Positions 56,099 to 64,000 of a stretch of DNA of 64,000 bases are shown here, piece by piece; within the stretch, counting starts at the first letter, position 1; every line of letters begins with the position of its first letter. The notes beneath the pieces are model-generated. The model saw nothing but the letters and a program-made list of their open reading frames with translations. It ran no database searches and was not told the origin of the DNA. This stretch comes from Patescibacteria group bacterium (lineage in GTDB: Bacteria > Patescibacteriota > Minisyncoccia > Phycocordibacterales > UBA9973): NCBI GenBank assembly GCA_028865035.1, contig JAGWLB010000001.1:6673-70672 (forward strand), given 5' to 3'. The translations under genes and the position numbers were made by a program.

Positions 56099-58642
56099 AT
56101 GAAAAATTATATGAAAAAAATAATTGTCGGAATTTTTGCTTTTGCTTTACTTTTCGTATCGCAAAGCGCATTTGCTGCTGTTACTTGGAATACAGCATCA
56201 AATGATTGTAATAGTATTAGCATTATAAATGCTACAACAAGCCAAGGGTATCAGAATCCATGTTGGCCTCTTTCAACGGTCCAAGCCGATGCGAATGATA
56301 TGATCAACGTGCGAATTTATTATCATAATACAGGAGATCAGACTGCGACTAATACTCGTATTGTTCTAAGTGCTCCTACAGGTAGTTCTTCTACTACAAA
56401 ATCTTTCACAGGAAGAATTGTCTCAGATCAAGGCAGTTTGTCTTTTGGTCCAGTGACTGCAAACCTTTCGACTTCACAATCGATAAGTTTCTATTCAGCA
56501 AAATGGTATACGAATAATACCAGCCAGACACTAACACCGTTACTCGATGGTCAAAGTGGAAACGAAGTTCTCAACAGTAGTGGCTTGTCTATAGGTTCTA
56601 TCGCTCCAGGTTGGAGTACTCAAGGATCTGTTGTCATTGCTTTCAAGGTGAGTTCAACTTCTACAGTGCAAACTTGCCAAGACCCAAATGCTACAAACTA
56701 CGGAGGATCATTACCTTGTACTTATCCTCAAACATACTGTACAATTTCAAACTTCAACGCTAGTCCAGCTTCTATTACTTCAGGAGCAAGCTCAACTTTA
56801 ACTTGGAATACTAACAACTGTAATAATGTAAGTATCGCAAACATTGGTAGTGTAAATACTTCAGGTTCACAAATAGTTTACCCAAGTCAAACAACAACTT
56901 ATGTCTTAACCGCGTACGGAACAGGTGGTACTCAGAAAACACAAAGCACTACAGTCTATGTCCAACAGCCAACACAAAGTTGTTCGATAACAAACTTTAC
57001 TGCAAGTCCTACATATGTAAGTACTGGTGGTACTTCTACTCTAACTTGGAATACAACAGGTTGTACAACAGCGACTATTTCAAATCTAGGTTACAATGTT
57101 CCGGTTTCAGGTTCACAAGTTATTTACCCAACTCAGACAACGACTTACATTTTAACTGCGTATGGAACAAATGGCACTCAGCAAACACAAAGCGTGACTG
57201 TAAGTGTTAACCCTATCAACAACTGTTACATCAATAACTTCACTGCAAGTCCTACTTATGTTAACAATGGTGGTACTTCCACTTTAAACTGGAACACAAC
57301 AGGTTGTACAACGGTTACTATTTCAAACCTCGGTTACAATGTCCCAGTTTCAGGTTCACAAGTTATCTACCCAACTCAGACAACAACTTATACTTTAACC
57401 GCGTACGGAACAAGTGGTACCCAGCAAACACAAAGTGTGACGGTGAGTGTTAATCCTATCATCAACAACTGTTACATCAGTAACTTCACTGCTAATGGTT
57501 CATCTACTGCTCAGATAAATTCTGGTAGTGCTGTGAACATTGCTTGGAACACAACTGGTTGTACAACAGCCACTGTCTCAGGACCTGGTATGTACAGTAG
57601 TCTATTAAGTGGTTACCAAACAATTTATCCAACTTCTTCAGGAACTTACACCTTAACTGCTTATGGTTATAATAGTGGTACTCAGACACAGACTGTCTAT
57701 GTGAATGTAAATTCTGTTATTGTTCCACCACCTATCATTTACAACAATACTTGTGCTGTTACAACTGTTGCGACAAACGTAACAAAATACTCAGCTCAAC
57801 TTAATGGTCTTATCACCAACAACGGTCAAAATTCAAATGCATACTTCGAGTACGGTACAACCATTAATATGGGATCACGCTCACAAGGAGTCTTAGCAAA
57901 CGGACAGTTCAATGAAACAGTTTCTGGCCTTACTCCAGATACTATCTACTACTTCCGCGCTGTATCACAATGCCAGAACAGTACATCTTATGGAAAAATA
58001 GAAATATTTAACACACAAGATAATCAGATAGTAATACCAACACGACCTATCATAGTCCAAGGTACAACTGTCGTCGGTACACAATCACCAATAATGCTCA
58101 AGATTGAAGATCGTTACCAAGCAATCGGTGTCGGAGATACTGTAGACTACACTGTGTATTATAAAAATATTAGTAAGCTGCTATTAAGTAATCCCGTTGT
58201 CCAAGTCATAGTTCCTAAAGGTATCATTATCACTAATGCATCCGCTGGAACATATTCGAACGATACGAACACTCTGACAGTCCCATTGAATGATTTGCAT
58301 CCAGGACAAGACGGTGTTATCTATCTACAAGGACAAGTTGAATCTATTTCTTCAAATGTCGCACAGATAGTAACTACAGCAATCCTTGTCTACACTACTC
58401 CAAACGGAGCACAAGAAAATGCAATCGCTTATGTTCTAAATACTCCTAAAAATATTGTGAACGCTCTTGGAGCATCTGCATTCTGGTCAGGTTTCTGGGG
58501 TATGGGTATTATCGGATGGTTACTGCTTATAATATTAATTCTTCTTATTATTCTTATAACTCGAAGATACTATAATAATAAGTCAGTAGTTCATACAACA
58601 ACTCCATCAGGAACTCACACCACTACAACAACAAATTATTAA
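56099..58642 (+). CDS. Cell-surface protein with four tandem Ig-like (~95-aa) repeats, a DUF11-like domain and a C-terminal TM anchor
   Basis: Signal peptide; repeats of form SNFxASPxxVxxGGTSTLxWNTxGCTTxTISNLG...QxIYPTQTTTYxLTAYGTxGTQQTQSVTV; C-terminal LLLIILILLIILITRRYY. Confidence 0.65.
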   Translation: MKNYMKKIIVGIFAFALLFVSQSAFAAVTWNTASNDCNSISIINATTSQGYQNPCWPLSTVQADANDMINVRIYYHNTGDQTATNTRIVLSAPTGSSSTTKSFTGRIVSDQGSLSFGPVTANLSTSQSISFYSAKWYTNNTSQTLTPLLDGQSGNEVLNSSGLSIGSIAPGWSTQGSVVIAFKVSSTSTVQTCQDPNATNYGGSLPCTYPQTYCTISNFNASPASITSGASSTLTWNTNNCNNVSIANIGSVNTSGSQIVYPSQTTTYVLTAYGTGGTQKTQSTTVYVQQPTQSCSITNFTASPTYVSTGGTSTLTWNTTGCTTATISNLGYNVPVSGSQVIYPTQTTTYILTAYGTNGTQQTQSVTVSVNPINNCYINNFTASPTYVNNGGTSTLNWNTTGCTTVTISNLGYNVPVSGSQVIYPTQTTTYTLTAYGTSGTQQTQSVTVSVNPIINNCYISNFTANGSSTAQINSGSAVNIAWNTTGCTTATVSGPGMYSSLLSGYQTIYPTSSGTYTLTAYGYNSGTQTQTVYVNVNSVIVPPPIIYNNTCAVTTVATNVTKYSAQLNGLITNNGQNSNAYFEYGTTINMGSRSQGVLANGQFNETVSGLTPDTIYYFRAVSQCQNSTSYGKIEIFNTQDNQIVIPTRPIIVQGTTVVGTQSPIMLKIEDRYQAIGVGDTVDYTVYYKNISKLLLSNPVVQVIVPKGIIITNASAGTYSNDTNTLTVPLNDLHPGQDGVIYLQGQVESISSNVAQIVTTAILVYTTPNGAQENAIAYVLNTPKNIVNALGASAFWSGFWGMGIIGWLLLIILILLIILITRRYYNNKSVVHTTTPSGTHTTTTTNY
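56741..57719 (+). repeat. Four tandem ~290-bp intragenic repeats (repeats 2 and 3 near-identical at DNA level)
   Basis: Direct comparison of the 56990..57230 and 57230..57470 segments. Confidence 0.6.
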
Positions 58643-58649
58643 TAGAAGT

Positions 58650-58677
58650 AAAACACCCCGCTAGTCGGGGTGTTTTA
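58650..58677 (+). terminator. Rho-independent terminator
   Basis: aaacaccccg-ctagt-cggggtgtttt. Confidence 0.65.
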
Positions 58678-58692
58678 TGTTAATATGTCTCT

Positions 58693-59130
58693 ATGGAAAT
58701 TATAGTGACCAAGAAGCAATTACCGAAAGTTGCACAAGATATTATTAAAAAAATTCACAAAATAAAAAGTGAAACGGCTACAGTTATCGCTCTTAAAGGG
58801 GATCTTGGAAGCGGTAAAACAACTCTAACTCAAGTGATTGCTCAGAAGCTTGGAGTCAAAGAAAACACTATCTCACCAACTTTCGTTATAATGAAGAAAT
58901 ACAAAATACTAGATAAGCAATTCGAAAATCTAATCCATATTGATGCTTATCGACTAAAAGAAAGCAGCGAGTTGCTTAACTTAGGTTGGCAGAAGCTCCT
59001 TGCGGACAAAAGTAATCTAATTATCATTGAGTGGCCTGAGCGAGTGCCAGAATGTATACCAGAGGGTGCCTATACGATAGAGCTTCATCATAAAGAAGAA
59101 AACACTAGACTACTGAAATCCAAGGATTGA
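58693..59130 (+). CDS. tsaE: tRNA threonylcarbamoyladenosine biosynthesis protein TsaE
   Basis: ALKGDLGSGKTTLTQVIAQKLGV...SPTF. Confidence 0.8.
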   Translation: MEIIVTKKQLPKVAQDIIKKIHKIKSETATVIALKGDLGSGKTTLTQVIAQKLGVKENTISPTFVIMKKYKILDKQFENLIHIDAYRLKESSELLNLGWQKLLADKSNLIIIEWPERVPECIPEGAYTIELHHKEENTRLLKSKD

Positions 59131-59204
59131 TTTTTTGTGAATTTGTGGTATTCTTTGTTTAAAGAATTAAGCAATATTGCACATCAAAATTAAAAGGAAA
59201 TCTC

Positions 59205-60305
59205 ATGTATCTATTAAGAAATAAGATATCAATAGGGATTATCCTCTATTTGATACCTCTTGGTTTTAATATTTTAGTCTTCAGATTTGCTTCTTGGTTG
59301 ATACAACCAGCATACAGTGTTAAGAATGGTTTAATAGCATACGGAATATTCAGTTTACTAATATGCATATCATTTATCAGCGGTTATCTGGTTGCCAAAC
59401 GCGGAGGAGTACAAAGATGGTGGATTAAATTTTCATTTGCTGTAATTGTATTTATACAATTTTTGCCAATACTATTATTGCTCGCGCCAATAGGAGCTTT
59501 AATTATTGAAATCAACAATCAGTTGTCAAAAATTAGTTCTAGTGTCAAAAACTCTAAAGTAGGATGCACTATTACATCAATTATTGCCGCAGTCTCTGCA
59601 TTCTCTGGATTACTTTTTATAGTAGAAAAAGGAAATGTAAAAACTGCAAAGCGTATAGGCAAAGCAGTTTTTGTAGCAACCCATTGGGGTTCTGGAGACT
59701 ATTTTGTCGCAGCTCTGCTTGCCATTTTCAGGAATTGGAGAGTTATGATTGGCGCCAATTTATGGAAATATTGGATATTTCATTGGTTTTTTAATGCTGT
59801 CGGCATTCCTATTGAAAGAGATGAAACAGCCGTTAGGGAACGAGTGAAAGCTATAATTAAAGCAAAAGCTTTTTTAGCAAAAATTAAAAAAGCAATATTA
59901 ATTGTGTTTATACAAGGAACACGAGAAAGGCATCCAGAGAACGGAGTTCATGATTCTAGAATAGGGGCATTCAAAATTGCTTGTGATCTAGGTGTTCCTG
60001 TTGTGCCAATAGTTATATTTAATACCAATAAATGGAGAAAGCCGGGTGAGCAAGATACAACTTCATACCTTAATGGGGATAAAAAAATAAGTAATATTAA
60101 AATTTTATTTAATATCTTACACCAATTTTTCAAAACAGGTATAAATCCCACAATTGTAAAGGTTGTATACGGTAATCCTATTTCTACAATCGGGAAAACG
60201 CCAGAACAAGTAAAAGTGGAAGTTGAATTTGTAATGAATAAAATTTATTTCCAAAAAAAGTCTAAAAAAAGACAATTATCAAGAAGTCAAACGGAGCTAT
60301 CATAG
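59205..60305 (+). CDS. Membrane-bound lysophospholipid acyltransferase (PlsC-like) family protein
   Basis: N-terminal multi-TM region; HWGSGD (HX4D) and FIQGTRER (FPEGTR-like) acyltransferase motifs. Confidence 0.6.
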   Translation: MYLLRNKISIGIILYLIPLGFNILVFRFASWLIQPAYSVKNGLIAYGIFSLLICISFISGYLVAKRGGVQRWWIKFSFAVIVFIQFLPILLLLAPIGALIIEINNQLSKISSSVKNSKVGCTITSIIAAVSAFSGLLFIVEKGNVKTAKRIGKAVFVATHWGSGDYFVAALLAIFRNWRVMIGANLWKYWIFHWFFNAVGIPIERDETAVRERVKAIIKAKAFLAKIKKAILIVFIQGTRERHPENGVHDSRIGAFKIACDLGVPVVPIVIFNTNKWRKPGEQDTTSYLNGDKKISNIKILFNILHQFFKTGINPTIVKVVYGNPISTIGKTPEQVKVEVEFVMNKIYFQKKSKKRQLSRSQTELS

Positions 60306-60318
60306 GCTCCGTTTTTTC
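60290..60318 (+). terminator. Rho-independent terminator overlapping the stop codon
   Basis: acggagc-tatcatag-gctccgtttttt. Confidence 0.6.
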
Positions 60319-60343
60319 ATATTCAAAATGCTATAATCTTAGT

Positions 60344-62755
60344 ATGGCTAAGACTAAAAATACTAATAAAAGACTTGTTTTGCTTGATACTCACGCGATT
60401 ATTCATAGGGCTTATCATGCCTTGCCAGAGTTCACAAGCTCCAAAGGCGAACCAACAGGAGCTATTTATGGGTTGGCGACTATGCTTTTTAAGATTATCA
60501 CCGAGCTCAAACCCGACTACATAGTCGCTTGCTATGATCTACCAAAGAAAACTTTTCGACATGAAGCCTATGACAACTACAAAGCCGGTAGAGCCAAAAC
60601 TGACGGCGCGCTGGTGGCTCAGCTTATCCGTTCTCGTGATTTCTTCAGGGCATTATCTATACCGATGTATGAGTGCGAAGGATTTGAAGCCGATGATTTA
60701 CTTGGCACAATTACTGAGCATTTAAAAAAACAAAAAGATGTAGATATTATTATCGCTTCCGGTGATATGGATACCCTTCAACTTGTTGATGATAAGAAAG
60801 TTCAAGTCTACACCCTCAAGAAAGGTATCAATGACACAATTCTATACGATGAAGATAAAGTCAAAGAGCGATTTGGTTTTGACCCCAAATATTTACCAGA
60901 CTACAAAGGTTTGCGCGGTGACCCATCGGATAATATTATCGGCATCAAAGGTATCGGAGAGAAAACTGCTACAACCCTTATCTCAGAGTATGGCACGATA
61001 GAGAAAATGTATACCGCCATAAAGAAGACCCCAGAGAAAGTCAGAGATCTGGGTGTGACCGAGAGAGTTTTTAACCTACTTAAAGACGGCGAAGATGAAG
61101 CAATGTTTTCTAAAACCTTGGCTACTATCAGGCGTGATGCTCCTATCGACTTCAAGTTACCGAAAGATACTTGGCAGGAAGAAGTAAAGAATGAGAATGT
61201 CCTCGCATTTTTCCGAGAAATGGAATTTAAAAGTTTACAGAACCGATTTATAAATATTTTTCAAAAAGACGGAGAGGAAAATATCCAAAAGGATGTTGCT
61301 AGCGGTATAGACGAATCATCTATTGATCAAGAACAGTTGGCTCGTGCCAAGATCGCCCTCTGGCTTTTGAATTCCGAGAAGACAGACCCACACCTCGAAG
61401 ATGTACTAAACTATAAGAATAGTAAAACTTTCGAAGAGGCGTTGTCGCTTCTTGAATCAGATATTAAAAAAGAGAAACTCGACTATGTTTACCATAATAT
61501 CGAGATACCCATCATCCACACCATAGAGAATATGGAAAAAATAGGTATTAAAGTCGATGTTGCATATTTAAAGAAATTATCTAAAAACTACCATAAAGAA
61601 CTTTCTGAGATAGAGAAGAATATCTGGGAGATGGCCGGACGAGAATTCAATATAAATTCACCAAAGCAACTTGGCGAAATACTTTTTGATGAATTGAAAA
61701 TCCAAGAGATGGGGGACAAGAGTGCAAGGACAAGCGTAAAGAAAACAGCCGGAGGCGCAAGATCAACTCGCGAAAGTGAGCTAGAGAAACTCAAAGACAA
61801 GCATCCGATAATAGATGAGATATTAAAATATCGCGAACTACAAAAGCTACTTGGGACTTATATTGATACTATTCCAGAACAAGTAGCTAAAGACGGACGT
61901 CTACACGCTCACTTTATACAAGCAGGTACAACCACCGGACGATTCTCTTCGAACAATCCAAATCTTCAGAATATTCCTATCAAAACTGAGAAAGGGAAAA
62001 ACATTCGTAAAGGTTTTGTCGCCGAAGACGGCTATGTCTTAGTATCATTTGATTACTCGCAGATTGAGTTACGAATAGCGGCCCTGCTTTCTCAAGATCC
62101 ATACTTTATCAAAGCCTTCCAAGACGGCAAAGATATTCACCAAGCTGTGGCTATGAAAGTTTTCGGTGTCGATGAGAACAGTGTTACTTATGATATGCGC
62201 CGTCGGGCAAAGATTATTAACTTCGGAATGCTCTACGGTATGGGGGTAAATGCTCTTCGCCAGAACATCGGTACCGATCGCAAAGAAGCTCAGATTTTCT
62301 ACGATAATTACTTTGCTCAATTCCCGAACATTGTTGCTTATCTGGAAAGTATTAAAAATTTTGCTAAGAAGAATGGATACACTGAGACACTTTTCGGTCG
62401 CAAGCGTTACTTCCCAGGCATCCGTTCATCGATACCATTCATCCGAGCTATGGCCGAGCGCATGGCTATCAATGCCCCGATCCAAGGCACAGCGACTGCT
62501 GATGTCATAAAGATTGGTATGAAAAAAGCTGAAGATGAATTACAAAAAGCTGGTATTCTAGAGGATACAAGGCTTGTCCTACAAGTCCACGATGAGCTCG
62601 TTTATGAAATAAAGAAAAGCAAAGTAAATCAAGCTATGGGTATTATAGAGAATGCTATGAAGCAAGCCATACCTGGCGAATTCTTAGTTGGTTTAACCCC
62701 TGTGCCACTTGAAGTCTCATCAAACCAAGGCCTGACTTGGGGTGATTTGAAATAG
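60344..62755 (+). CDS. polA: DNA polymerase I (5'-3' exonuclease + polymerase; no evident 3'-5' exonuclease domain)
   Basis: LLDTHAIIHRAYHAL 5'-nuclease; motif A DYSQIELR, motif B RRRAKIINFGMLYG, motif C QVHDELVYE. Confidence 0.9.
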   Translation: MAKTKNTNKRLVLLDTHAIIHRAYHALPEFTSSKGEPTGAIYGLATMLFKIITELKPDYIVACYDLPKKTFRHEAYDNYKAGRAKTDGALVAQLIRSRDFFRALSIPMYECEGFEADDLLGTITEHLKKQKDVDIIIASGDMDTLQLVDDKKVQVYTLKKGINDTILYDEDKVKERFGFDPKYLPDYKGLRGDPSDNIIGIKGIGEKTATTLISEYGTIEKMYTAIKKTPEKVRDLGVTERVFNLLKDGEDEAMFSKTLATIRRDAPIDFKLPKDTWQEEVKNENVLAFFREMEFKSLQNRFINIFQKDGEENIQKDVASGIDESSIDQEQLARAKIALWLLNSEKTDPHLEDVLNYKNSKTFEEALSLLESDIKKEKLDYVYHNIEIPIIHTIENMEKIGIKVDVAYLKKLSKNYHKELSEIEKNIWEMAGREFNINSPKQLGEILFDELKIQEMGDKSARTSVKKTAGGARSTRESELEKLKDKHPIIDEILKYRELQKLLGTYIDTIPEQVAKDGRLHAHFIQAGTTTGRFSSNNPNLQNIPIKTEKGKNIRKGFVAEDGYVLVSFDYSQIELRIAALLSQDPYFIKAFQDGKDIHQAVAMKVFGVDENSVTYDMRRRAKIINFGMLYGMGVNALRQNIGTDRKEAQIFYDNYFAQFPNIVAYLESIKNFAKKNGYTETLFGRKRYFPGIRSSIPFIRAMAERMAINAPIQGTATADVIKIGMKKAEDELQKAGILEDTRLVLQVHDELVYEIKKSKVNQAMGIIENAMKQAIPGEFLVGLTPVPLEVSSNQGLTWGDLK

Positions 62756-62767
62756 TAGCCATAATGA

Positions 62768-63301
62768 ATGTTCGGTGGTAGGATTAATTATATGGAGAAT
62801 AATATAGATACAAATACAGAAAATAAGAATGAAGAATTACACGAAGAGGGTATGGTTCACCTTATTCTTTCTCATTCATATACTACATTCCTACTCGCCG
62901 TTGTCATCGGTCTTATCTTAGATATAGTTATTCCTATAAATATTCTTCACGGAAACGTTTATGGGTACGTCGGAGCGGTGATGATTATCCTGGGGTCACT
63001 CATTATATATTGGGCCCAGTCGACATCGAGTACTACAAAAAAAGAAATGGAAGTAGAGAAGACAACTCGCAACTTTGCTGCTGGACCATACAAGTACACT
63101 CGCAATCCGACTCACGTCGGTCTGACTATTATGACTCTAGGTTTAGGTTTTCTTATTAACTCTATCTCTCTAATTGTTTTTGTCATCATTGCTTCCTTTA
63201 TTACAAAAGATATTTTCTTAAGAAAAGAAGAAGCTTTGCTAGAGAAAAAGTATGGCCAGCCATACACTGATTATAAAAAGAAAGTTCGCATTTGGATATG
63301 A
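62768..63301 (+). CDS. Isoprenylcysteine carboxyl methyltransferase / phospholipid methyltransferase family membrane protein
   Basis: NFAAGPYKYTRNPTHVG ... EEALLEKKYGQPYTDY resembles the RHPxY...EE...FG..Y core of the ICMT/PEMT family. Confidence 0.55.
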   Translation: MFGGRINYMENNIDTNTENKNEELHEEGMVHLILSHSYTTFLLAVVIGLILDIVIPINILHGNVYGYVGAVMIILGSLIIYWAQSTSSTTKKEMEVEKTTRNFAAGPYKYTRNPTHVGLTIMTLGLGFLINSISLIVFVIIASFITKDIFLRKEEALLEKKYGQPYTDYKKKVRIWI

Positions 63302-63936
63302 TCTATATACTTGTCGGTAACGATAATAAAAAAAAGAACGCACATATAAGAACACTTGATAAAGAAGGGGACATCACTTCTCTGTCTGACGGTGAAGTCT
63401 CGAGAGAAGTGCTAGAGAACTATGCTCAAGGTGTCAGTATGTTCGGCAAGCCACTGATTATCGTTACAGAAAATACTATTTCTAATGAAGAAATAAATCT
63501 AACGAAAGAAGATCTGAGCAGGCTAAAAGATTCTTTAAATATCTTTATTTTCAAAGAAGATAAGTTGTTGGCTGCCGAGCAGACCAAGCTTAAGAAATTC
63601 GCGGAGATTATCCGCTTTGAAACTAAAGAGAAAGCCAAACCTAAGCCAGATACTTTTGCTATTGCCAATGCTTTCGGTAGACACGACAAAGTAAATACTT
63701 GGGTCCTTTACCGGCAGGCCATAGAGTCGGGGGTCAGCCCTGAGGCAATATCGGGTATTCTTTTCTGGAAAGTTAAAACAATGCTACTGAATGGCATTAC
63801 CGGATCTAAAGGTTCAACCATCGATGATCTGAAAAAACAATCTGGAGAACTTGTCTCGCTATACCATCGGGCCCATCGAGGTGAGTGCGACCTTTCTATC
63901 GGCCTTGAGCAATTCATCTTATCTGCTCTATCTTAA
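63298..63936 (+). CDS. holA: DNA polymerase III delta subunit-like protein (HolA N-terminal region)
   Basis: MIYILVGND resembles the HolA start AYLLLGND; MFGKPLIIV resembles LFASRQTLLL; product shorter than typical HolA. Confidence 0.4.
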   Translation: MIYILVGNDNKKKNAHIRTLDKEGDITSLSDGEVSREVLENYAQGVSMFGKPLIIVTENTISNEEINLTKEDLSRLKDSLNIFIFKEDKLLAAEQTKLKKFAEIIRFETKEKAKPKPDTFAIANAFGRHDKVNTWVLYRQAIESGVSPEAISGILFWKVKTMLLNGITGSKGSTIDDLKKQSGELVSLYHRAHRGECDLSIGLEQFILSALS

Positions 63937-64000
63937 TAGGAATAAGAAAAGGCCTAAGAGTTAATCATCTATTCATAAACTGAATAAATAAGTAGCTCTT

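Noticed and set aside
1-64000. CRISPR arrays, rRNA genes, IS elements
   Set aside because: No regularly spaced direct repeats, rRNA-like conserved stretches or transposase ORFs were seen anywhere in the window.

Overview
The window looks like a low-GC (~30-35%), coding-dense genome from a Candidate Phyla Radiation / Patescibacteria (Saccharibacteria-like) bacterium; this lineage assignment is an inference from gene content and composition. Most ORFs are recognisable housekeeping genes: nusA (3' part), ppa, tig, clpP, rny, hup, cca, xth, xerC, rpsO, pnp, comM, pcrA, rsmA, dnaA, dnaN, PBP1A, tyrS, ruvC, ruvB, tsaE, polA, and the rpmH-rnpA-yidD-yidC-jag cluster. The chromosomal origin sits in the dnaA-dnaN spacer, which carries at least four DnaA boxes and an AT-rich unwinding region. 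Four tRNA genes (Pro-TGG, Trp-CCA, Arg-TCG, Gly-GCC) lie next to the CCA-adding enzyme gene, and none of them encodes its own CCA end. The main accessory feature is a ~14.5 kb single-strand cluster (26861..41302) that resembles a Gram-positive-type type IV secretion system. It contains a PrgI/VirB3-like protein, a VirB4 ATPase split into two adjacent ORFs, a giant polytopic VirB6/TrbL-like protein, a pilin-like membrane hairpin fused to a VanY/M15 peptidase, and several secreted or bitopic orphan proteins. A second block of lineage-specific genes (19207..23873) encodes a 759-aa protein built around a divergent DHH (NrnA-like) phosphoesterase core and a 684-aa coiled-coil/repeat protein with an unassigned C-terminal domain. 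Other observations: a paralogous pair of tiny, extremely acidic ORFs absent from the ORF track, candidate structured RNAs at 52.3 kb and 25.86 kb, a perfect 42-bp palindrome at the xth 3' end, a NYN-domain gene inserted between rpsO and pnp, a DciA (DUF721)-like gene after dnaN, and a pilB-type ATPase next to surface proteins carrying near-identical Ig-like repeats. No CRISPR array, rRNA or obvious prophage was found.
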